NCBI GenBank assembly: GCA_016715865.1
Contig: JADJXM010000006.1
Span: forward strand, 257,564-321,563
Reading direction: 5' to 3'
DNA: 64,000 nucleotides
Source of the DNA: Acidobacteriota bacterium
Lineage (GTDB): Bacteria > Acidobacteriota > Blastocatellia > RBC074
Part shown: positions 51,043 to 64,000 of the stretch, piece by piece
Layout: the number at the start of each line of letters is the position of its first letter
Numbering within the stretch: the stretch's first letter is position 1
Made by a program: the position numbers and the translations under genes
Notes under the pieces: model-generated
What the model saw: only the letters and a program-made list of their open reading frames with translations
The model's database searches: none
Told to the model about the DNA's origin: nothing

Positions 51043-51972
51043 TTATACCTCAGAAGTTGGTCGGATTTTTTCTTCGTCTGCCATCACACGGGCGATTTCG
51101 CCGGCCACCCTGGCATTGTTTTTCAGGAGCGCGATATTGGCCCTCAATGACCTTCCGGCGGTCCGTTCCGCTATCTGAGCCAGCAGAAAGGGCGTCAAGG
51201 CTTTGCCGCTGATGGATCGGTCAGTCGCCATTTTCAGAGACTCATCGATAGTGTCGCTGATTTCGGCATAAGGTATCTCATCTTCTTCAGGAACAGGGAC
51301 GACGAGCAGGATCGAAGACCTGAACCCCATTCCCCAGTGTGTCAGAGCGAGTCTGACGATCTCAACCGGATGGTCGGCTCTCAGGTCGAGTTTGAGACCC
51401 GATGATCGTGAATAGAATGCCGGCAGTTCCGAAGTCTGATAGCCGACGACGGGAACCCCAAGGGTTTCAAGCGCCTCGAGTGTCTTTGGCAGATCGAGGA
51501 TCGATTTGGCGCCGGCGCATACGGTCACAACAGGGTATGAGGCCAGCGCCGTCAGATCGGAAGAGATGTCAAAGCTCTCACCCGCACCGCGATGAACGCC
51601 TCCGATGCCGCCTGTGGCGAAGACACGAATTCGGGCGGTCTGCGTCAGATGCAGAGTAGCGGCGACTGTGGTCGCTCCCCATCCGCCCGCGGCGATGATC
51701 TGCGCCAGATTTGCCAGATTGACCTTGGCAACATCGCTGCGCCCGGCAATCGCCCGTATTTGATCGGAGTTCAGACCGACTACCGGGCACCCATCGATCA
51801 GGCCGATCGTGGCCGGCACGGCGCCGGCAGCCCGCACAGCGGACTCACAGCCTGCCGCCGTCTCAAGATTATGAGGCGAAGGCAACCCGTGGGCGATGAC
51901 AGTCGATTCCAGCGCCACTACTCCGGTTTTTCCTTCTAACGCAGACGCCACCTCCGGCGCGATCGAAATCAT
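51043..51972 (-). CDS. psuG: pseudouridine-5'-phosphate glycosidase
   Basis: Indigoidine synthase A-like fold: [14 protein letters not shown], conserved Lys/Asp regions, ~305 aa. Confidence 0.85.
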   Translation of the reverse strand: MISIAPEVASALEGKTGVVALESTVIAHGLPSPHNLETAAGCESAVRAAGAVPATIGLIDGCPVVGLNSDQIRAIAGRSDVAKVNLANLAQIIAAGGWGATTVAATLHLTQTARIRVFATGGIGGVHRGAGESFDISSDLTALASYPVVTVCAGAKSILDLPKTLEALETLGVPVVGYQTSELPAFYSRSSGLKLDLRADHPVEIVRLALTHWGMGFRSSILLVVPVPEEDEIPYAEISDTIDESLKMATDRSISGKALTPFLLAQIAERTAGRSLRANIALLKNNARVAGEIARVMADEEKIRPTSEV

Positions 51973-52223
51973 GCCAGCTTTCGCTCCTGTCTCTTGAAAA
52001 ACAATATGCGGTCTCTTATGCTGACTTTAAAGTCAAGCTTGGTTTGCTCATCCGGAGTAAGCCAAGTTTGACATTTTTCCCGATTTTCTGAGAAAGACAA
52101 TGGCAATCATCCCTCTGGTCGAAGTTTTCTTCGATCTTTGCGGTAGTGCGGGAATTGCCGACGCAATTAAACGCAATAGATTATCCGATAAAGACGGAAT
52201 AAGGATACGGTTCAGGAGTCCAT

Positions 52224-53503
52224 ATGGGAAAAAAGATCTTGACCCTGATTCTGGGCGGCGGCCAGGGCGCTCGTCTGTTTCCTTTAACAAAAGAACGTTC
52301 AAAACCGGCTGTTCCAGTGGGGGGGAAATACAGGCTCATCGACATTCCGGTTTCAAACTGCATCAATTCGGGTATGCATTACATCTATGTTCTGACGCAG
52401 TTCAATTCGGCTTCGCTCAACCAGCACATCGGACGCACCTATCGATTCAGCAGATTTTCAGATGGTTTCGTCGAAATTCTGGCGGCGGAACAGACCCCCG
52501 AGAACCGTGACTGGTTTCAGGGCACGGCTGACGCCGTCCGGCAAGTCATGATGCACATCAAGGATTTCAATCCGAAGGAAGTGCTGATCCTCTCTGGCGA
52601 TCACCTTTATCAGATGGATTACCAGAAGTTTCTCGATCGACACCACGAAACGAAGGCCGATGTGACAATCTCCGTCATTCCGATGGACGCGGAGCGTGCC
52701 TCCGGTTTCGGTTTGCTCAAAACCAATTCTGAGGGACAGATCGTCGAATTTCGTGAAAAACCTCCTGCCGATCAGATCGAAGCGATGCGCGTTGATACCT
52801 CCAGCCTCGGCCTGAGCGAAGAACAGGCCGCGCAAAATCCGTTTCTCGCCTCGATGGGCGTCTATATCTTCAATTACGAAACGCTGCGAGAAGTGCTCAA
52901 AGAGGAAAAATACACCGATTTCGGCGGCGAGGTCATTCCATCCGCGATCGGGAAATACAACGTCCAGGCTTTTCTTTATGACGGGTACTGGGAAGACATC
53001 GGAACGATCAGTTCATTCTTTCACGCGAACCTTGATCTGGCTTCGGCTCTGCCGAAATTCAACCTCTTTAACGCCGATTCACCGATATACACCCGCCCGC
53101 GCTTCCTGCCGGGCTCAAAATTCGTCAATTGCGAGATCAATGACTCGCTCATCTGCGACGGCTGCATACTCAATCGCGTCGGAATATTCAACAGCGTGAT
53201 CGGCATTCGTTCACGCGTCGAGAATTATTCGCGTCTCGAACAGACGCTCATGATGGGTGCCGATTATTATCAATCGCTGCAGGAACTCGCAGACAACCGC
53301 AAAGATGGTCTGCCGTGGATCGGCATCGGCGAAAACACCCATATTCGCAAAGCGATCATCGACAAGAATGTGCGCATCGGATCGAATGTGAGCATTCTCA
53401 ATGAAGCGGGGGTCGAACATTTCGACGGAGACAACTACTTCATTCGTGATGGTATCGTGATCATCCCGAAGGGTGAGACGATCACCGATGGAACTGTTAT
53501 CTG

Positions 53504-53504
<1 letters not shown>
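52224..53504 (+). CDS. glgC: glucose-1-phosphate adenylyltransferase
   Basis: [43 protein letters not shown] nucleotidyltransferase motif plus C-terminal left-handed beta-helix. Confidence 0.9.
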
Positions 53505-54280
<776 letters not shown>

Positions 54281-54282
54281 CC

Positions 54283-54708
54283 TCACCGCGCCGGGTAAAG
54301 GTGGTACAGCATGAGATAGACCACCACTCCCGTGACCGAAACATAGAGCCAGCACGGCAGTGTCCACCGGGCGATCCGGCGGTGAAGGTCGAACCGCTGC
54401 TTAAATGCTCGAATAAAAGTGAGAAAGATCATCGGCACGATCGCGGCGGCCAGAACTGTATGCGTCAGCAGGATCGTGAAATATACGTATCTGACAATCC
54501 CCTGCCCCTGAAAAGGCGTCGAACCGTGATGATAATGGTAGAAAAGGTATGAGACCAGAAACAGCGTCGAGGTGACAAAGGCACTGATCATGCACGCCCG
54601 ATGAGCATCCCGTTTGTTCCGTCGTATAAATGCATATCCGAGCGTCAGCAGAATTACGCTGATGCTGTTCAATATTGCATTGAGTGTCGGCAAATCAGAA
54701 ATCGTCAT
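54283..54708 (-). CDS. DUF420 membrane protein (heme-copper oxidase-associated)
   Basis: Four TM helices and conserved His-rich loop typical of DUF420; adjacent to cox3-like gene. Confidence 0.65.
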   Translation of the reverse strand: MTISDLPTLNAILNSISVILLTLGYAFIRRNKRDAHRACMISAFVTSTLFLVSYLFYHYHHGSTPFQGQGIVRYVYFTILLTHTVLAAAIVPMIFLTFIRAFKQRFDLHRRIARWTLPCWLYVSVTGVVVYLMLYHLYPAR

Positions 54709-54752
54709 AATAATAAATCCGAACCGCGAGCGTCAGCGAGCGCCACGCTTTA

Positions 54753-55454
54753 TCAGTTCCAGAGAAAAATGAGGACCAGCAGGTAGATCCAGAGCCCATC
54801 CAGAAAATGCCAATATAAAGCCGTTGCATCGACAGAGACCCTGCGACGCAGGGCCGTCCAGTTTTCGCGCGGCCGAAATGTCACGACAGAAAGTCCGAAT
54901 AGACCGCCGAGCAGGTGGACCGCATGCAGCCCTGTGAAAGTATAGGCCAGGCTGCTGCGAAAATTCCCTGTCATATAAAAGCCTCCTGCGATTAGCTCAC
55001 GCCATGCCATAGTCTGAGCTATCAGAAATCCAACCCCCAGGGCCAGAGTGATGACAATCCAGACACGAAAAGGCTTTTCGGCCCTTCTTCGCAGGGCATG
55101 ACGAGCGATCTCGAATGACAGGCTGCTGGCCACAATCAACCCCGTGCTCATCCAAAGAACACCGGGAGTGATGATCCGGTGCCTCCCGGCATTCAGATAG
55201 ACATAGAGCGTCGTCAGGGTCAGAAACAATGCGGCAACACTGACGATCGTCAGCCAGACTACGATCAGGTAGCCTTCCGGCGAGGGCGTCCGTTCAGGTT
55301 CCGGCGGACCGCTCCCGCGGCCTCCACCATCGCCGCCGTCACCGCCGAACATGTCGTTCAACCCGCCACCGCTGCCTGATATAAGCTCATCCCGATTTTT
55401 CGATACCAATGTCGCCAAACTACACCTCAAAGTCGTGAGGCGCGACTGCGACAC
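54753..55454 (-). CDS. cytochrome c oxidase subunit III family protein (stand-alone)
   Basis: C-terminal [19 protein letters not shown] matches the Cox3 signature (YWHFVD..W); 5 TM helices; Gly-rich N-terminal region likely non-coding or low-complexity (true start probably downstream). Confidence 0.65.
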   Translation of the reverse strand: MSQSRLTTLRCSLATLVSKNRDELISGSGGGLNDMFGGDGGDGGGRGSGPPEPERTPSPEGYLIVVWLTIVSVAALFLTLTTLYVYLNAGRHRIITPGVLWMSTGLIVASSLSFEIARHALRRRAEKPFRVWIVITLALGVGFLIAQTMAWRELIAGGFYMTGNFRSSLAYTFTGLHAVHLLGGLFGLSVVTFRPRENWTALRRRVSVDATALYWHFLDGLWIYLLVLIFLWN

Positions 55455-55579
55455 CTGCCGCTGACGCGCCTCACGATTTTATAGCGGTTTTCAGTTGGAC
55501 GCGACTGCGCGTCAGTATGCTACTCGCTGACGCTCGCAGTTGCGGTGTGCCGCTGTAAGCTGTGAAATTACACCGGACA

Positions 55580-58792
<3,213 letters not shown>

Positions 58793-59067
58793 GCTAACTC
58801 TCCTTAGCTGCTATGGAAATCAATGCGGATTACTGCCCTTTTTTGGGCATCATTTTTCGGGATAAGTTAATACAATTTATTAGGATTTGATTTTATCGCC
58901 GCGATTCGGTCAAACGCAAACCAAGTCATCCCGAAACGTATGAATATGAAACTATTAGGGAGATCTAAACATCAAGCTGAGCAGTGATCGGCTTTCATGC
59001 TGGCATTACCTGAAGAAGGATGAGCAGGAAAAGCCCGCAAGTAATGCGGTAATGCAATCTGATTATT

Positions 59068-60258
59068 TCAGCTATTCGTCTGGACGTTAGATTTCAAACG
59101 GGACCGGTGTTCGCGCATTGATTGGATGAACTGGTGAAAGAGGTAGGTGGCGTCGTGCGGTCCGGGGCCGGCTTCGGGGTGATACTGGACAGAAAAGACA
59201 GGGAGTTTCCGATGGCGTAAACCTTCCAGGCACCCGTCATTGAGGTTGACGTGCGTGATTTCTATCTCTTTAGGATCAAGACTTTCCGGATCAACTGCGA
59301 AGCCGTGGTTATGAGAAGTGATCTCGATGCGGCTCGAGGCGAGGTTCTTGACGGGCTGATTTCCTCCGCGATGACCGAATTTAAGTTTATAGGTTCGACC
59401 GCCGAAAGCGAGTCCCAGCACCTGATGACCGAGACAGATTCCGAAGACCGGCGCCGCCGTCACCAGTCGTTTCACCTGGCTGACGATTTCAGGGATCGCG
59501 GCCGGGTCTCCGGGTCCATTCGATAGAAAGATGCCATCGGGCGAATACTCGAGGACTTCTTCGGCAGAGGTTCCGGCCGGAACGACGCGCACCTTGCATC
59601 CCAAAGCGGTCAGATAGCGCAGGATATAGTACTTAATGCCGAAATCGTATGCGATAACGCGGAATGGCTCTTCTCCCGGAAGCAGTCCTCCGCCATCAGC
59701 CTTCAGCGCGGCGACCGGATCCAGAGTCTTTTGCTCGTCCCTGATCTCGGCCCATTCATATGACTCGGAACAGGTGACGACATCGACCAGATTACGGCCC
59801 AGCATCTGCGGAGCGTGACGCGCTTTTTCGACCAGTCTCTGTTCATCGGAATCGATCGATGAGATGGCCGCTCTCATCGCGCCCTTTTCGCGAATATGGC
59901 GGACAAGCGCACGAGTATCTATCTCTGAGATTCCAACGATCCCGTGATTTGCCAGATATTCGTCCAGCGATAGATCGGCTCGCCAGTTCGACACGATTTC
60001 GGACACTTCGCGAACGACGAACCCTTCGGCAAACGGCTTGCGCGATTCCATGTCTTCATAATTGACACCGTAATTGCCGATCAGAGGATAGGTCATGGTC
60101 ACAATCTGACCGGCATAAGACGGATCGGTGATGATCTCCTGATAACCCATCATCGATGTGTTGAATACAATTTCACCGAAACGCTCGCCATCAGCGCCCC
60201 AGGCACGCCCCCGAAACGTGCGTCCATCTTCCAATGCCAGAATCGCGTCTTTGCTCAT
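59068..60258 (-). CDS. carA: carbamoyl-phosphate synthase small (glutamine amidotransferase) subunit
   Basis: CarA N-domain ([14 protein letters not shown]...[14 protein letters not shown]) and class-I GATase triad context (GICLGHQ). Confidence 0.9.
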   Translation of the reverse strand: MSKDAILALEDGRTFRGRAWGADGERFGEIVFNTSMMGYQEIITDPSYAGQIVTMTYPLIGNYGVNYEDMESRKPFAEGFVVREVSEIVSNWRADLSLDEYLANHGIVGISEIDTRALVRHIREKGAMRAAISSIDSDEQRLVEKARHAPQMLGRNLVDVVTCSESYEWAEIRDEQKTLDPVAALKADGGGLLPGEEPFRVIAYDFGIKYYILRYLTALGCKVRVVPAGTSAEEVLEYSPDGIFLSNGPGDPAAIPEIVSQVKRLVTAAPVFGICLGHQVLGLAFGGRTYKLKFGHRGGNQPVKNLASSRIEITSHNHGFAVDPESLDPKEIEITHVNLNDGCLEGLRHRKLPVFSVQYHPEAGPGPHDATYLFHQFIQSMREHRSRLKSNVQTNS

Positions 60259-60393
60259 TCTTACTCCAGAACAGGAATTTCAGCCTTTCACGGACAAATA
60301 GTTAAACGGCATCATTATCACAAACCGGGGCCGTCAACAATCCCTATACGACATGCAGAGGATGACGTCGGCCGGATTTTTTATAACGGAGAA

Positions 60394-61674
60394 TCAGGAT
60401 CTCTCCCGCAGGAAGTTTTGCGCCAGGTGAAGCCACTGCCTGTCGGTACGGTACTTGTAAGCCGGCGCGGTCTTGACCGATTCGATGCATTCCTGCATCT
60501 CGAGCAGCGATTCCTGCGTGCGACCGAGTTGATGCAGCGTCATACCTCGCCAGTAATGGCCCTGAGCATCAGATGATCGCTCCGCCAGAAAACGGTCGAA
60601 CATGCCCAGCGAATCCAGGTACTGGCCGGCTGAATAATAGACAAGCCCGGTCTCGCGCCAGATTTCGTGGTGAGAGTGAACCGGGTTCTGCTGCACGACC
60701 TTCTCGAAATGCATAACGGCCTGCGAGAAATTGCCTGTCTCCCGCAGTATCCGACCGAGCTGGTAATGAGCATCCGTCTCCTGATCGTCGATTTCGACAG
60801 CGCGTTGAAAAGATGCTGCCGCAGAGGGCAGGTCTCCCCGCTGCTGGTATAACAATCCGAGGTTGTAATGCGCCGAGGCATCAGCCGGATTGAGCGTAGC
60901 CGCTTCAAGATTCTGCTTGAAGGACTGCCGTGCGCGGGAATTCCGCATGAAATCATCGATCCTGTCACGGAGCAGAAACAGCAGCAGTAGAACCAGGAAC
61001 GGCGAGGCGCAGATGAATGTCGCCGCCTGCATAAAGACCGGCATGATCATGAGCGAAAGCAGCGATATCAGCGTCGCCCCGACCGCCGCCAGCCAGCCGA
61101 TGCGAAAGACCGTGCCGATCGCGAGCGTCATCAGCGCCGCGAATATCGGCAGAGGGATGACCAGCAGCAGAATGAAATATCCGATCACGGCATTGCTCGA
61201 CAACCACGCACTCTGCCAGCTGATGATCGACGCCGGCAGGATGGTGATCAGGATCGAGACAGCCAGTGAAGCCAGCGTGCAAGAGAGGACTGAGGCGAAC
61301 TCCTCGCGAATGACGACCGTGAAACCGGCCCGTCTTTCAAAGACGTTCGCGAGAAGAATGACAAACGGAACATAGACCACCGAAACGAAGAGAACCACCA
61401 TGAGCGCAGTCATTGCCGCCCGAAACACGCCGCTCATCAATAACTGCAGAATTCCTGCCATGAGCCCGGACCCGCCTCGCACCGATCCGATTCCAGTTCT
61501 GCCGATCCCGCGCTGGACGAAATCTATCAGCGGAATCAGCAGCAGGATATAGACAAGCGTCATCAGCCACGCCGCTCCGACGGTGAATGCCACCGGAGCT
61601 CGATCACGCAACTGACGCAACGCCGTCAGGGGTTGCCAGAGCAGACCGAAAAGTAATCGAAAATTCGCAATCAT
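60394..61674 (-). CDS. polytopic membrane protein with C-terminal TPR repeats (hypothetical)
   Basis: Five or more TM helices followed by 3-4 TPR units ([14 protein letters not shown]..., [14 protein letters not shown]...). Confidence 0.5.
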   Translation of the reverse strand: MIANFRLLFGLLWQPLTALRQLRDRAPVAFTVGAAWLMTLVYILLLIPLIDFVQRGIGRTGIGSVRGGSGLMAGILQLLMSGVFRAAMTALMVVLFVSVVYVPFVILLANVFERRAGFTVVIREEFASVLSCTLASLAVSILITILPASIISWQSAWLSSNAVIGYFILLLVIPLPIFAALMTLAIGTVFRIGWLAAVGATLISLLSLMIMPVFMQAATFICASPFLVLLLLFLLRDRIDDFMRNSRARQSFKQNLEAATLNPADASAHYNLGLLYQQRGDLPSAAASFQRAVEIDDQETDAHYQLGRILRETGNFSQAVMHFEKVVQQNPVHSHHEIWRETGLVYYSAGQYLDSLGMFDRFLAERSSDAQGHYWRGMTLHQLGRTQESLLEMQECIESVKTAPAYKYRTDRQWLHLAQNFLRERS

Positions 61675-61803
61675 ATTTGACTGGTTCGTGACCGTCAGCT
61701 CTCCGTCGTCGCTTCAATAAGCGAAAGCGCGGACAGCTTTTGGCCACCGCGCCTTCTTAAACCTGTAATAATTCTGTTAAACCTCTTCTGTTCAGAGCCA
61801 GCA

Positions 61804-62457
<654 letters not shown>

Positions 62458-62594
62458 CGCCCCGTTTTTGAACCCCTTTTAAGACATCTCCAGGTCGATT
62501 TCTACGGCATTAGTCCAGTTGAAACCGGCCAGCACGAAAAGATAGTACGCGACCCCGGCCTTGTCAATAAACTGTCCCGTCAATCCGGGCCGGA

Positions 62595-62876
62595 TCAATG
62601 GGAGATCGTCCCTTCGAGCGACGTATCTATCTGAGTCTGCAACCCTTTGCCGAACAGAAATGACTCCATGTTCTGAATCAGAAACTGTTGATGTTCAGGG
62701 TTGATGGTGCTCAGACCATAGTGATTGATCAATTGATTCTGCGTAGCGACCCATGCTTTCCAGCAGGCTTCGCAGATCTGTTCGTGAATCCTTTTTCCCA
62801 GTGCGCTGCCGAATGGCGGTTTTTCCAGAGCCGGCAGTTTATGCCCGCATCTTTCGCATTTGATGACATCAGCCAT
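62595..62876 (-). CDS. yggX: Fe(II)-trafficking/oxidative damage protection protein YggX
   Basis: 93 aa; pattern V.C.....P.LEKPPFG.LGKRI.E.I...AW..W...Q..LINHY.L...N.EH..FL...M..FLF matches YggX throughout. Confidence 0.8.
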   Translation of the reverse strand: MADVIKCERCGHKLPALEKPPFGSALGKRIHEQICEACWKAWVATQNQLINHYGLSTINPEHQQFLIQNMESFLFGKGLQTQIDTSLEGTISH

Positions 62877-62945
62877 AAATCCTCCTTCACAGTCCAGAGT
62901 TCAGTCGATTATCAACAAGTAATGATCTGTTCGCAACCCGACCAA

Positions 62946-63443
<498 letters not shown>

Positions 63444-63635
63444 TTTCCATCTGACCTGTAATAAAGCCTTCTAACCATACGAATCAAACCCGGTCACAGT
63501 CAAATCGGATCTGCTGCTCTCTTCCTGATCGCGCAGATTGCCGCTGCCGGGTGACAAATCCGCCCGCAGTTGCTAGCATAGTCTTTACCAGCTTAACGCT
63601 CAGCCCTGACTGACAGGAAATATCGACGTACTTTT

Positions 63636-63998
63636 ATGAATCAAAATACAAATTTGCGCGAAGATATTCGCAATGTGGCGATAATCGCCCACGTAGACCA
63701 CGGCAAGACGACACTGGTCGATGCCATGCTCAGGCAATCCGGCCTTTATCGCGCCAACGAACGAATGGTCGAGCGGGTCATGGATTCGATGGATCTTGAG
63801 CGCGAGCGCGGCATCACGATCATGGCCAAAAACACCGCCGTGCGATACGGATCGACGAAGATCAACATTCTGGACACTCCCGGGCACTCAGATTTCGGCG
63901 GCGAAGTCGAACGCGTGCTCAAACTGGCGGACGGCGTTGTGCTTCTGGTCGACGCTTCAGAGGGGCCGTTGCCTCAGACACGATATGTGCTCTCGAAA
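63636..63998 (+). CDS. typA: translational GTPase TypA/BipA (3'-truncated by window edge)
   Basis: [22 protein letters not shown] (G1), [22 protein letters not shown] (G3) identical in pattern to BipA/EF-G family N-terminus. Confidence 0.9.
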   Translation, partial: MNQNTNLREDIRNVAIIAHVDHGKTTLVDAMLRQSGLYRANERMVERVMDSMDLERERGITIMAKNTAVRYGSTKINILDTPGHSDFGGEVERVLKLADGVVLLVDASEGPLPQTRYVLSK

Positions 63999-64000
63999 GC

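Noticed and set aside
54753-55454. N-terminal 50 aa of the cox3-like ORF ([26 protein letters not shown]) considered as a functional Gly-rich domain.
   Set aside because: More likely upstream non-coding sequence read through to an earlier ATG. The conserved Cox3 core begins further in, so the start was left uncertain rather than claiming a novel domain.

Overview
This is a 64 kb GC-rich (roughly 58-60%) bacterial chromosomal segment. It is densely coding, and the gene content suggests an Acidobacteriota-like soil bacterium: Carboxypeptidase-regulatory-like/TonB receptor, VWA protein, many TPR proteins. This taxonomic guess comes from gene content only. All calls below come from reading the ORF translations for family motifs; no database search was possible.

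Main blocks:
- TatA/TatC.
- A long minus-strand block (9.5-20.5 kb) that appears to be controlled by a divergent ArsR/SmtB regulator. It combines a DUF302/DUF2892 pair, a Tll0287-like CxxCH heme protein, a TolC-MFP-RND Cus/Czc-like metal efflux pump, a Met-rich periplasmic YHS-domain metal-binding protein, an amidohydrolase and an MBL-fold/rhodanese persulfide dioxygenase.
- An N-terminal-nucleophile acylase (penicillin/AHL-acylase family), followed by a three-gene putative extracytoplasmic signalling module: a membrane Ser/Thr kinase whose periplasmic domain looks DUF4384-like, a 1319-aa secreted TPR-CHAT protease, and a secreted DUF4384-like protein.
- Proteases: an M43 metalloprotease and a decayed S8 subtilase pseudogene.
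- An OPT transporter.
- Housekeeping genes: hflX, J-domain protein, di-heme cytochrome c peroxidase, LolA-like/ABC exporter, psuG, glgC, plsC, a cox3-like/DUF420 pair, a TonB-dependent receptor, carA, lepB, yggX, a Dps-like ferritin and typA.

The most unusual sequence-level feature is a set of at least four families of intergenic tandem 8-10 nt repeat elements arranged as inverted-repeat hairpins: GTAGAAAG, GTTTCCAG, GTTGAAAG and GGCGTCCTTG. They sit exactly at gene termini, in two cases contribute codons to ORF ends, and one pair brackets an orphan Flp pilin cassette.
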